DNA of 35,684 nucleotides, taken from sequence record DRR378314_1622; one strand, written 5' to 3'. Shown piece by piece: positions 8,774-16,770 of this stretch. The translations under genes were made by a program, and so were the position numbers. The notes beneath the pieces were generated by a model that was given only the letters and a program-made list of their open reading frames with translations, was not told the DNA's origin and did no database searches. Each line of letters begins with the position of its first letter. The stretch's first letter is position 1.

Positions 8774-9556
8774 ATGAGCGCCTTCGGTACGCTTTTTAGA
8801 GAAATGCGGCAGGGTAAACGGCTGAGCCAGATGGATTTCGCCCTTGAATGCGAAGTCTCGACGAAGCACATCAGCTTTCTGGAAACAGGCCGAAGCAAGC
8901 CCAGTAAGGGCATGGTTCTGCATCTGGCACAGATGCTTCAGACGGATTTGGCCGCGACCAACCGGCTGCTCTCTGCAGCGGGTTACAGCCAGGTATACAG
9001 CGACCAGGATTTGAACGCGCCTGGCATGGCGATGATCAAAGAGGCGCTTGAGCACCTCTTGCAGGCGCACTTGCCTTATCCGGCCGTGGTCTTTGATCAC
9101 GAGTACTATTTGGTGATGGCCAACGCAGCCATGCAGGAGATGATGGTAAACATGGTAGCGCTGGGCGCTCGATTCCCGGCCAGGCCAAATTTCCTGCTGT
9201 CGCTGCTGGATAACGAGGGCATGAAACCGTTCGTGGGTGATTGGGAGAACATCGCGTGCCACATGCTGCAGCGAGTCTACCATGAGCATCTTGCCGGCCC
9301 CTTCAGGGACCAGCCTAACCGATTGCTGGAGCAGGCTTTGACCATGCCCGGCGTTCCACAGGAATGGAAAAGCCACGTCGTGGAACATCTCGACTACCCG
9401 GCGATTCCGTTTACCCTGAACCTGGGTGATCAGCAGCTTAAGATCTTTTCGACCATTGCGACGATAGGCACGCCCCTGGATGTCACCGCACAGAATTTGC
9501 GGATTGAACACTTCTTCCCGATGGATGAAAGCAGTAAGGCTTTTTGGCAGGCCTGA
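8774..9556 (+). CDS. XRE-family HTH regulator with MmyB-like ligand-binding domain
   Basis: LSQMDFALECEVSTKHISFLETGRSKPS HTH. H.PYPA.V.D and FSTIATIGTPLDVT...LRIEHFFP.D in the C-terminal domain. Confidence 0.92.
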   Translation: MSAFGTLFREMRQGKRLSQMDFALECEVSTKHISFLETGRSKPSKGMVLHLAQMLQTDLAATNRLLSAAGYSQVYSDQDLNAPGMAMIKEALEHLLQAHLPYPAVVFDHEYYLVMANAAMQEMMVNMVALGARFPARPNFLLSLLDNEGMKPFVGDWENIACHMLQRVYHEHLAGPFRDQPNRLLEQALTMPGVPQEWKSHVVEHLDYPAIPFTLNLGDQQLKIFSTIATIGTPLDVTAQNLRIEHFFPMDESSKAFWQA

Positions 9557-9688
9557 GTCGTTCTCCGGTGCCTGTGGGTCCGTGCCAATCGTCGGTCGGG
9601 ATTTGTTGAGCCGGGCAGGGTAGCGCCGGCGACGGCGCTCGTCTTTCTGGTATCATGCGCGGATTCAACGCCATCACAGGAAATCCTC

Positions 9689-10030
9689 ATGTCCCAACTC
9701 CCTCCTTGTCCCCAATGCGGTTCCGAATACACCTACGAAGATGGCGTGCAGCTGGTGTGCCCCGAGTGTGCGCATGAGTGGACCGAAGCCGAAACGGCTG
9801 CGGCAGAAGCCGCGAGCGTAGTCCGGGATGCCAACGGCAACGAGTTGCAGGATGGCGACACTGTTACCGTGATCAAAGACCTTAAGGTCAAAGGTTCGAG
9901 TTCCGTGGTCAAGGTTGGCACCAAGGTAAAGAACATTCGATTGGTAGACGGAGACCACGACATCGATTGCAAGATCGACGGTATTGGCGCCATGAAGCTG
10001 AAGTCGGAGTTTGTGAAGAAGGCTTTGTAA
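9689..10030 (+). CDS. phnA: PhnA/YjdM zinc-ribbon protein
   Basis: [12 protein letters not shown]...[32 protein letters not shown] and KLKSEFVKK. Confidence 0.95.
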   Translation: MSQLPPCPQCGSEYTYEDGVQLVCPECAHEWTEAETAAAEAASVVRDANGNELQDGDTVTVIKDLKVKGSSSVVKVGTKVKNIRLVDGDHDIDCKIDGIGAMKLKSEFVKKAL

Positions 10031-10250
10031 GCTCATCTTGTATGCATCACTGGAGAGTATGTACTAATCTGAAAACGACCCTGATAGTCAATGTGGTGCT
10101 TGAGCGCGTTTCAGATCGAGGTGAATCACAGCGATACTCTGGATGACTGATGGTGGTCGGAGTGTGCAGGAATATCAGGGCTGACCATTTGTTCCAGGAC
10201 ATGGTTAATACGGATGTCAGACACCTGTTAGCGGTGAAAAGGATTCTTTG

Positions 10251-10598
10251 ATGCTCAGCTACGTCGCTCTGCTACTGTTGGTTTTCGTGGTTTTGGTTCT
10301 GTTTTATGGCGTGATTGCCATCCATGATATTCCTTACGAAATTGCTAAACACCGGGATCATCCCCATCAGGATGCGATTCATGTGGCGGGTTGGGTCAGC
10401 CTATTCACCCTGCACGCTATATGGCCATTCCTGTGGATCTGGGCGACGATTTATCAGCCCGATCGCGGCTGGGGCATTAAGCAGTTGGAGGAGCGCCAGC
10501 GCGCGGATGAAAGCCTGGTGAGCGAACTGAACGAAAAGCTGGCTGAGCAAGCCAGGCGTTTGGAGATCCTGGAGCAGAAGCAGAGGGAAAGCGAATAA
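10251..10598 (+). CDS. DUF3302 (YibI/YiaW-like) membrane protein
   Basis: HDIPYEIAKHRDHPHQDAIHVAGWVSLFTLHAIWPFLWIWA followed by a C-terminal coiled coil. Confidence 0.9.
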   Translation: MLSYVALLLLVFVVLVLFYGVIAIHDIPYEIAKHRDHPHQDAIHVAGWVSLFTLHAIWPFLWIWATIYQPDRGWGIKQLEERQRADESLVSELNEKLAEQARRLEILEQKQRESE

Positions 10599-11725
10599 TG
10601 GACCTACTTCTGCTTCTGACCTACGCCGCTATCTGTATTTTTATCTTCAAGGTATTTCGAGTTCCTCTCAACAAATGGACTGTGCCTACCGCTGTACTCG
10701 GCGGTGTGGTCCTTGTCGGCACACTGGTCCTGTTAATGAATTACAACCACCCGTTCACCCACAAGGCGAGGCAGGTGTTTGTGGTGACGCCCATCGTGCC
10801 GGAGATCAAAGCCAGAGTCGTAGACGTGCCGGCAGAGGCCAATACACCCCTGAAACAAGGGGAACCCATGATCGTGCTGGACGACACTCGAGTTCTGGCC
10901 CGTGTCCACCAACTGGAAGCCCAATTGGCGGACACGGGCCAGGCGGTGGCCTCGAATGTCGCCAGCGTGTCCGAAGCCAGGGCCAGAGTGGTTCAGGCAA
11001 CAGCCGTAAGGGACCAGGCGCTACGAACCCTTCGACGTTACGAAGGGGCGGCTTCTGCTTTCAGCCAACAGCAGCTTGATACCCAGCGTCAGAAGGTGGC
11101 GGCCAGCAATGCGGATCTTGATGCGGCCAGGGCGGCATTGGAAAGAGCAGAGGCGCAACTGAGCGGCTCGGTGGATGGCCAGGACCCGGCCGTGGCCGCT
11201 ATAGAGGCACAGCTGGAGGAGGCACGTTTTGATCTCGAAAACACCATCCTGCGGGCACCCACGGACGGCTTTCTGACTCAGCTGGCGGTTCGGCCGGGGA
11301 TGATGGCAGTGCCTTTCCCTCTCAGGCCAGTGGCCAATTTTGTCAATCAGGAAGAGCGTCGTTTCGTGGCTGCTTTTCGCCAGCAGTCACTGTTACGTCT
11401 GAAACCAGGGTATGAGGCGGAACTGACCTTCACTGCTTTGCCCGGCCAGGTATTCTCAGCCCGGGTGGTTGAGGTACTGCCTACTGTCGCGGAAGCACAG
11501 CTGGCTGCTGGTCAACAGTTGATTGGTGGTGAAGCCTTCCGGAGAATGGACAACGAAACGCTGGTTGTGCTGGAGATGGAAGACAGCACCGACATCGAGA
11601 ACCTGCCTCTCGGGGTCAGTGCCCAGGTGGCCGTGTATTCCGACCATATGCACCATGTGGCCATCATGCGTAAGATCCTTCTCAGGATGTTGAGCTGGCA
11701 GCATTACCTTTATCTGGATCATTGA
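10598..11725 (+). CDS. HlyD-family membrane fusion protein (YibH/YiaV-like)
   Basis: MDLLLLLTYAAIC..FKVFRVPLNKWTVPTAVLGG N-terminus, alpha-hairpin, RAPTDG lipoyl-like motif. TAATG coupling to DUF3302. Confidence 0.92.
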   Translation: MDLLLLLTYAAICIFIFKVFRVPLNKWTVPTAVLGGVVLVGTLVLLMNYNHPFTHKARQVFVVTPIVPEIKARVVDVPAEANTPLKQGEPMIVLDDTRVLARVHQLEAQLADTGQAVASNVASVSEARARVVQATAVRDQALRTLRRYEGAASAFSQQQLDTQRQKVAASNADLDAARAALERAEAQLSGSVDGQDPAVAAIEAQLEEARFDLENTILRAPTDGFLTQLAVRPGMMAVPFPLRPVANFVNQEERRFVAAFRQQSLLRLKPGYEAELTFTALPGQVFSARVVEVLPTVAEAQLAAGQQLIGGEAFRRMDNETLVVLEMEDSTDIENLPLGVSAQVAVYSDHMHHVAIMRKILLRMLSWQHYLYLDH

Positions 11726-11800
11726 TCCTGCAGAAGCGCCAGGCAGTCGGCTAACATCCGATTGCAAGGATTAGATTATAACAAGAAGGCAAATACAGTG

Positions 11801-12853
11801 ATGTTGCTCACCGGCTTCGGGCTTGGCTGCCTGTTGCCCCTGTTTGTGATTACGTTACGGGACTTTCGCCATTTGCTGGTCGGGCAGCTGTTCCTGCTGG
11901 TGATTGTGGCGTCCGGGGCGTTCCTGGTTGATCCTCTGATTCCAATCGAATGGCGCTGGATCACTTCTGATCTTCAAACCGCACTGCCCGGGCTGTTCTG
12001 GCTTCTGTGCCAATTGATTTTTGCGCCGCGCCCGCGCCTGAAGTCGGTGTGGGGCGCGATGGCGCTCTACAGCTTTCTGGCGCCTGCGCTGGCACGGCCC
12101 TTCGTGGTGCCCGGTGATGCGTGGACTCCGGGAGTGTTCTTCGGGTGGCGGCTGGGCCAGTTTTTCGAGTACGTGGTGGTCTTGCACGGCCTCAGTTTTG
12201 TGATTCGGTATTGGCGAAACGATCTGGTGGAAGCCCGCAGGAAGGCACGTCTGGCGTTTCTGTTGATTGTCGGCAGTGCGGTGGGTGTGGCGACCGTCAG
12301 CCTGAATTTCGGGCTTTACCACGAATACATCCGGGGGATCATCACGGGGCTGGCGGCTTTCGCAACCCTGACCTGCCTGGTCACGTCGCGGGAGGGAATC
12401 CTGGATCTGGTCGGCAGTGATCGGCCTGCCAGCTCGCCACTGCCTCACTCTGGGGCGACCCCGGAGGCCGAGCCCCAGGACGCCCATTCGGCACACCTGG
12501 CGCAACAGGAGCAGGACGCCGAGGTGCTTGGCCAAACCATGGATGGCGGGTTCTATCGAACGGAGAAGCTAACCCTCAAGAAGTTGTCGGATGCCACCGA
12601 GATTCCGGAATACCGCCTACGCAAGGTGATCAACCAGACACTGGGCTATCGCAATTTCAATGACTACATTAACCAGCTTCGGGTCGCCGACGCCGCTGAG
12701 CGTTTGCGGAGCGAGCCGGAAACGCCCGTACTCAACATCTCTCTGGATGTTGGCTACCGTACCCTGAGTTCGTTCAATCGGGCGTTTCGGGATATCCAGA
12801 ACACCACCCCAACGGAGTTTCGTCAGCAGTGCCTTGGAGCTGACGCCAGCTGA
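11801..12853 (+). CDS. AraC-family regulator with N-terminal multi-pass membrane sensor domain
   Basis: About six hydrophobic helices, then LTLKKLS....IPEYRLRKVINQTLGYRNFNDYIN..R and VGY.TLSSFNRAFR.....TPTEFR AraC HTHs. Confidence 0.92.
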   Translation: MLLTGFGLGCLLPLFVITLRDFRHLLVGQLFLLVIVASGAFLVDPLIPIEWRWITSDLQTALPGLFWLLCQLIFAPRPRLKSVWGAMALYSFLAPALARPFVVPGDAWTPGVFFGWRLGQFFEYVVVLHGLSFVIRYWRNDLVEARRKARLAFLLIVGSAVGVATVSLNFGLYHEYIRGIITGLAAFATLTCLVTSREGILDLVGSDRPASSPLPHSGATPEAEPQDAHSAHLAQQEQDAEVLGQTMDGGFYRTEKLTLKKLSDATEIPEYRLRKVINQTLGYRNFNDYINQLRVADAAERLRSEPETPVLNISLDVGYRTLSSFNRAFRDIQNTTPTEFRQQCLGADAS

Positions 12854-12854
12854 T

Positions 12855-12970
12855 CAAAACCTGCAATGTGCGGGATTTCAGGTTTTGCACAGTGCCCGCC
12901 TCTGACCCCTTCAAACCCTTGGTGCACAAGCCATTGCAGAATTTGCACAGGGCATGTGGCTTTCTGCACA
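12855..12970 (+). promoter_or_regulatory. Array of probable AraC binding repeats upstream of the beta-helix gene
   Basis: TGCACA at 12886, 12923, 12944 and 12965, the last three with a 21-bp period. 17-mers at 12876 and 12934 match at 14/17 positions. An inverted copy CAAAACCTGCAA lies at 12855. Confidence 0.6.
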
Positions 12971-13076
12971 TCGGTTGTTCTCGCCAACGTGTCGCATCCT
13001 GCTTAGTGTCGTTTTGGACACCGCGTTCATTTTTGGAACGCATGAATAACAACAACTCAATAAAGCAGAGGTTGCG

Positions 13077-14663
13077 ATGCGCCAGGCTAGAACGTTCAAG
13101 AAACTCCTGTTGGTGACGGCCATTTCAAGTGGGCTCGTACTTGCCGGTTGCGGTGGGGACGATGGAAAAGACGGCAAGGACGGGGCCGATGGGCAGTCCG
13201 CCGGTGGAACGGCGCAGCTTGCGGTGACCACCTCCGGTTTTGCCATCCCTGAAGGCGCCATTCTGGTAGCGCCGGATGCCGCAGACGGTGACGACATTAC
13301 CGAGGCGCTGTCCGTGGCGTTATTCGATCTGCCGGACGATGCCCTGGTGGTGTTGCCAAAAGGGCGGTTTGTGGTGACCGAAAGCATTGTTATCAACAGT
13401 GCCAGTGGGTTGACTCTCACCGGTCATGGCATTAACGAGACTGCGCTGGATTTCAGCAATTCCAATGGTGACGACGCATTCCGCTTTCAGGGTGGTAATG
13501 GCATTACGGTGCGCGACTTCGGCGTGTACGAGGCACCAAAGAACGGCATAAAGGCCACCAACGTGAACGGTATTCATATGGCCTACACCGCCACGATCTG
13601 GGAAGGCGAGTTGGAAGCGAATAACGGCGCCTACGGACTGTACCCGCTGAAGAGCCAGAACGTGCTGCTGGAGAACAACTACGCCTTCGGGTCTGCGGAT
13701 GCGGGCATCTATGTGGGCCAGTCCGAGAACATCGTCGTTCGGAACAACACTGCCAAGCAGAACGTGGCCGGCATCGAGATTGAAAACTCCACCATGGCCG
13801 ATGTGTACAACAACATCGCGCTCGGAAATTCCGGCGGCATTCTGGTGTTCGACTTGCCAGGGCTGGATAAAGCGTACGGCGGCAATGTTCGTGTTTTCAA
13901 CAACCAGGCCTACAGCAATAACGCCGACAACGTCGGTGCTGGTGTGGTTGGCATGGTGCCTCCGGGAACCGGTGCCCTGGTGCTGGCCACCAGCGATGTG
14001 GAAATGTACAACAACCAGATCACCGATAACGACACCACGGCGGTGGCGATCACCAGCTACCTGCTGGTTGACGACGACCTGGCCAGCTACCCGGCCAATT
14101 ACGGTGCCACTATTGGCAGCGGCTGGAGCCCGACGCTGAAGAACGTCTACCTGCACAACAACACCATTGCCCGGAACGGCGATGATCCGCAGGGTGCGCT
14201 GCTCCAACCCATTATTGATGGCTACGCCTCGAACATGAACAACAAGGGTTCGCCGCAAACGTTCCCGGCAATCCTGTATGACGGTATTGGTGAACTGCTG
14301 TCGAACGCCGGTGAGCTGGCTGGCTTCAACGCCCTGGTTGGCCCCGAGGCGCAGGCCGATGGAGTGAACTACGACCCATACGGCGCAGGCGACCAGATTT
14401 GTGCCAACAGCAACATCAATGGCAACCCGGCGCCAGACTACGAGGAGGTGAATACTGGCCTGGTCTATCCGGATGATCCTGCCGACGTGACCATGGTCGA
14501 CGGCAGTGGCAATCCGCTGCCTCACCTGCTGATTGATCAGATGGTCAACAACACCTACCTGAACTGCGTCCAGCCACGACTGGCGCCAGCGGTGGTGAAC
14601 TTCCGCAATAACATCTACGGCTGCACCGGGGATGATCTGGCGGAAGCAGCCTGCGCGCTGTAA
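13077..14663 (+). CDS. Parallel beta-helix repeat lipoprotein (TIGR03805-like)
   Basis: Lipobox LAGC, short GxD/GKD repeat linker, and NGAYGLYP, GSADAGIYVGQS..IVVRNN, NVAGIEIENS, GGILVFDLPGL right-handed beta-helix repeats. Confidence 0.88.
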   Translation: MRQARTFKKLLLVTAISSGLVLAGCGGDDGKDGKDGADGQSAGGTAQLAVTTSGFAIPEGAILVAPDAADGDDITEALSVALFDLPDDALVVLPKGRFVVTESIVINSASGLTLTGHGINETALDFSNSNGDDAFRFQGGNGITVRDFGVYEAPKNGIKATNVNGIHMAYTATIWEGELEANNGAYGLYPLKSQNVLLENNYAFGSADAGIYVGQSENIVVRNNTAKQNVAGIEIENSTMADVYNNIALGNSGGILVFDLPGLDKAYGGNVRVFNNQAYSNNADNVGAGVVGMVPPGTGALVLATSDVEMYNNQITDNDTTAVAITSYLLVDDDLASYPANYGATIGSGWSPTLKNVYLHNNTIARNGDDPQGALLQPIIDGYASNMNNKGSPQTFPAILYDGIGELLSNAGELAGFNALVGPEAQADGVNYDPYGAGDQICANSNINGNPAPDYEEVNTGLVYPDDPADVTMVDGSGNPLPHLLIDQMVNNTYLNCVQPRLAPAVVNFRNNIYGCTGDDLAEAACAL

Positions 14664-14675
14664 GGGGGATCTGCA

Positions 14676-15962
14676 ATGAAACACAACCATAAAACAATGG
14701 CGGCGGGCCTGGTGATCTCCTTTCTTCTCTCGGCGTGTGGCGGCGGAGGTGGAGATGGAGATTCATCGGGCGATGACGGAGGTGGCCCCACGGGCAGTGC
14801 ACTGAATGCCGGTGCGGGGGCACCGACGGGGGCAGAAGGCAGTTGCAGCGCGGCAACCAATGGGGTGAACTGGGACGCCTTGATGACCGAGGTGTGCCCG
14901 AAGCTTTCCGACTACAATCTGTTCACCGATGCCAGTGATCCGACGGCCGCACCGACCCGTGGCGGGGTGCCTTATGATCTTTCCACGGCGCTGTTCTCCG
15001 ATTACACCACCAAGTACCGTTTTGTGTTCGTGCCGGAAGGCAAAACGGTCGGCTTCAAGCCATCGGAGGCGTTGGATTTTCCGGTTGGTACGGTCATTAC
15101 CAAGACCTTTGCGTTGCCGGAAAATACGGCCATGCGTGACGGTGCAGAGCTGGTGATCGAAACCCGACTGTTGATCCATCGGGCCGATGGCTGGATGGCT
15201 TTGCCGTACTACTGGTCGTCAGAGTCTGAGGCGACCCTGGCTATTGCGGGTAAGCGCCTGACGGACCTGACCACCATTAACAACCAGGGGCAGACACTCA
15301 CCTTTGACTATGCGGTGCCGAAAGCTGCGGACTGCACTTCCTGCCACTCGATTGTGCCGGACCTTGCCGGGCCGGATGACCAGCGTGAGCAGATTTTCCT
15401 GCCCATTGGTCCCAAGGCCCGTTATCTGAACAGTGAGTTCAGCTATCCGGACGGCACCGTCTACAACCAGCTCCAATACTGGGCGGAAGGCGAGCTGCTC
15501 GCCGGCTTGCCGGCGGATTTCAACAGTGTGGAGCAGGCGCCGGTGTTCAATGACGAAACCCACATTCCGTCACTGAGCGACGCTGAACTGAACGATAAGG
15601 CCAGGGCATACCTGGACATCAATTGCGCCCACTGCCATCGGGCAGACCTGACGTTGCCAGCCGACTATGCCGGGCCCGCAGGCAGTAGCGGCGTGCAGTT
15701 GGAGTACAACCGCAACTATGCTGACTCGCCGGGGAAATTCGGTGTCTGCAAGGACCCGGTGGCCGGAGGTAAAGACGGTTATCCGTACGATGTGATTCCG
15801 GGTAACGCGGATGAGTCCTACCTGCAGTTCCGCATCGAGACGACAGACAGCCGGCACAAGATGCCTGAGCTGGGCCGCAGCACGGTGCATCAGGAAGGCG
15901 CTCTACTGATTCGCAGCTGGATCGACCAGTTGCCCAGTGCCAGTTGCTCGCCGGTCACGTAA
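14676..15962 (+). CDS. SO2930/HNE_0200-family (TIGR03806-like) diheme c-type cytochrome lipoprotein
   Basis: Lipobox LSAC and Gly/Asp/Ser linker. LFSDY..KYRF, FPVGTVITKTF and IETRLL motifs. Two heme-binding motifs (CTSCH, CAHCH) and a distal MPELGR. Confidence 0.88.
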   Translation: MKHNHKTMAAGLVISFLLSACGGGGGDGDSSGDDGGGPTGSALNAGAGAPTGAEGSCSAATNGVNWDALMTEVCPKLSDYNLFTDASDPTAAPTRGGVPYDLSTALFSDYTTKYRFVFVPEGKTVGFKPSEALDFPVGTVITKTFALPENTAMRDGAELVIETRLLIHRADGWMALPYYWSSESEATLAIAGKRLTDLTTINNQGQTLTFDYAVPKAADCTSCHSIVPDLAGPDDQREQIFLPIGPKARYLNSEFSYPDGTVYNQLQYWAEGELLAGLPADFNSVEQAPVFNDETHIPSLSDAELNDKARAYLDINCAHCHRADLTLPADYAGPAGSSGVQLEYNRNYADSPGKFGVCKDPVAGGKDGYPYDVIPGNADESYLQFRIETTDSRHKMPELGRSTVHQEGALLIRSWIDQLPSASCSPVT

Positions 15963-15981
15963 TACCTGAGTGAAAGGAATC

Positions 15982-16005
15982 GGCCCCAGGCGCATGCCTG
16001 GGGCC
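15982..16005 (+). terminator. Hairpin closing the beta-helix/cytochrome operon
   Basis: GGCCCCAGGC-GCAT-GCCTGGGGCC, a perfect 10-bp stem with no U-tract. Confidence 0.6.
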
Positions 16006-16095
16006 ATCGCTCTCCCACGCACGCCTCTCGTCCATGTATAATGCGGCGTTTTGTGGAGGCCGGCTCTGCTGGCCGAACGATCAGGGAGAGATCAC

Positions 16096-16743
16096 GTGCT
16101 GTTGCTCACCGCCAAACTTGCCTTGCTCTACCTTTGCCTGGGATACCTTCGTAAGTCTCAGAGCCCTCTTGTCGCTGCTGTCATATACAGCGTGTCATCG
16201 TTTCTGATTGCGTGGGTTGCCCATACGGTCGGGGGCGTGTCTGTTTCCGGAATCAATCAGTTGGCTCTGCTTGTCGGGTTCTTCTTTGATTTCGGGGTGG
16301 CAGTAGCCGTCTTCGCGTTGGCAAATCGTTACCAGGCCCAAGTACGTGTGTTCTTCGGTACGATCCTGGTTGGCGTCGTTATCAACTTTGTGGGGCAGTA
16401 TTGGCTGTTCGACGTCATGGAGAAGAAAGACTTTCTCGAACAGTCAGCTGCGCCCGACGAGTCTTCAAACCTGACGTTTCCTCCTCACCTCTGGTCACAC
16501 CACAGATCCCTTAAAATCTCGGCAGAAACCTGCGCAGGGCGTGCGTTGGCGGCGCTCAACGCGTATGGGTTTACCTCAGTGGTGCGGAACGGAACCTATG
16601 CCTATGGGAACTCGGGCGTTAATCGGGCGGCTCTGAAATGTGTTGAGCGCGGAGCCGAATCGTCCTTTGTGTACATCGCGGTGGCCGGGCCGGATAAGTC
16701 CGTCGTTGAAGATCTGAGAAACAAACTGGCAAGGGGCCTTTAA
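16096..16743 (+). CDS. Hypothetical protein: about 4 N-terminal TM helices plus a small soluble C-terminal domain
   Basis: RBS GGGAGAG then GTG 16096. Hydrophobic N-half and a polar C-domain with two Cys. Confidence 0.65.
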   Translation: MLLLTAKLALLYLCLGYLRKSQSPLVAAVIYSVSSFLIAWVAHTVGGVSVSGINQLALLVGFFFDFGVAVAVFALANRYQAQVRVFFGTILVGVVINFVGQYWLFDVMEKKDFLEQSAAPDESSNLTFPPHLWSHHRSLKISAETCAGRALAALNAYGFTSVVRNGTYAYGNSGVNRAALKCVERGAESSFVYIAVAGPDKSVVEDLRNKLARGL

Positions 16744-16770
16744 ATGATCAGCGTAGTAAAAGGATTTTCC

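Noticed and set aside
13152-13195. GDDGKDGKDGADG as a collagen domain
   Set aside because: Only about four Gly-X-Y triplets. Treated as a flexible lipoprotein tether.
13320-14690. 456-aa antisense ORF over the beta-helix gene
   Set aside because: Shadow ORF from codon bias on the opposite strand. It has no motifs, and the plus-strand gene has clear family signatures.
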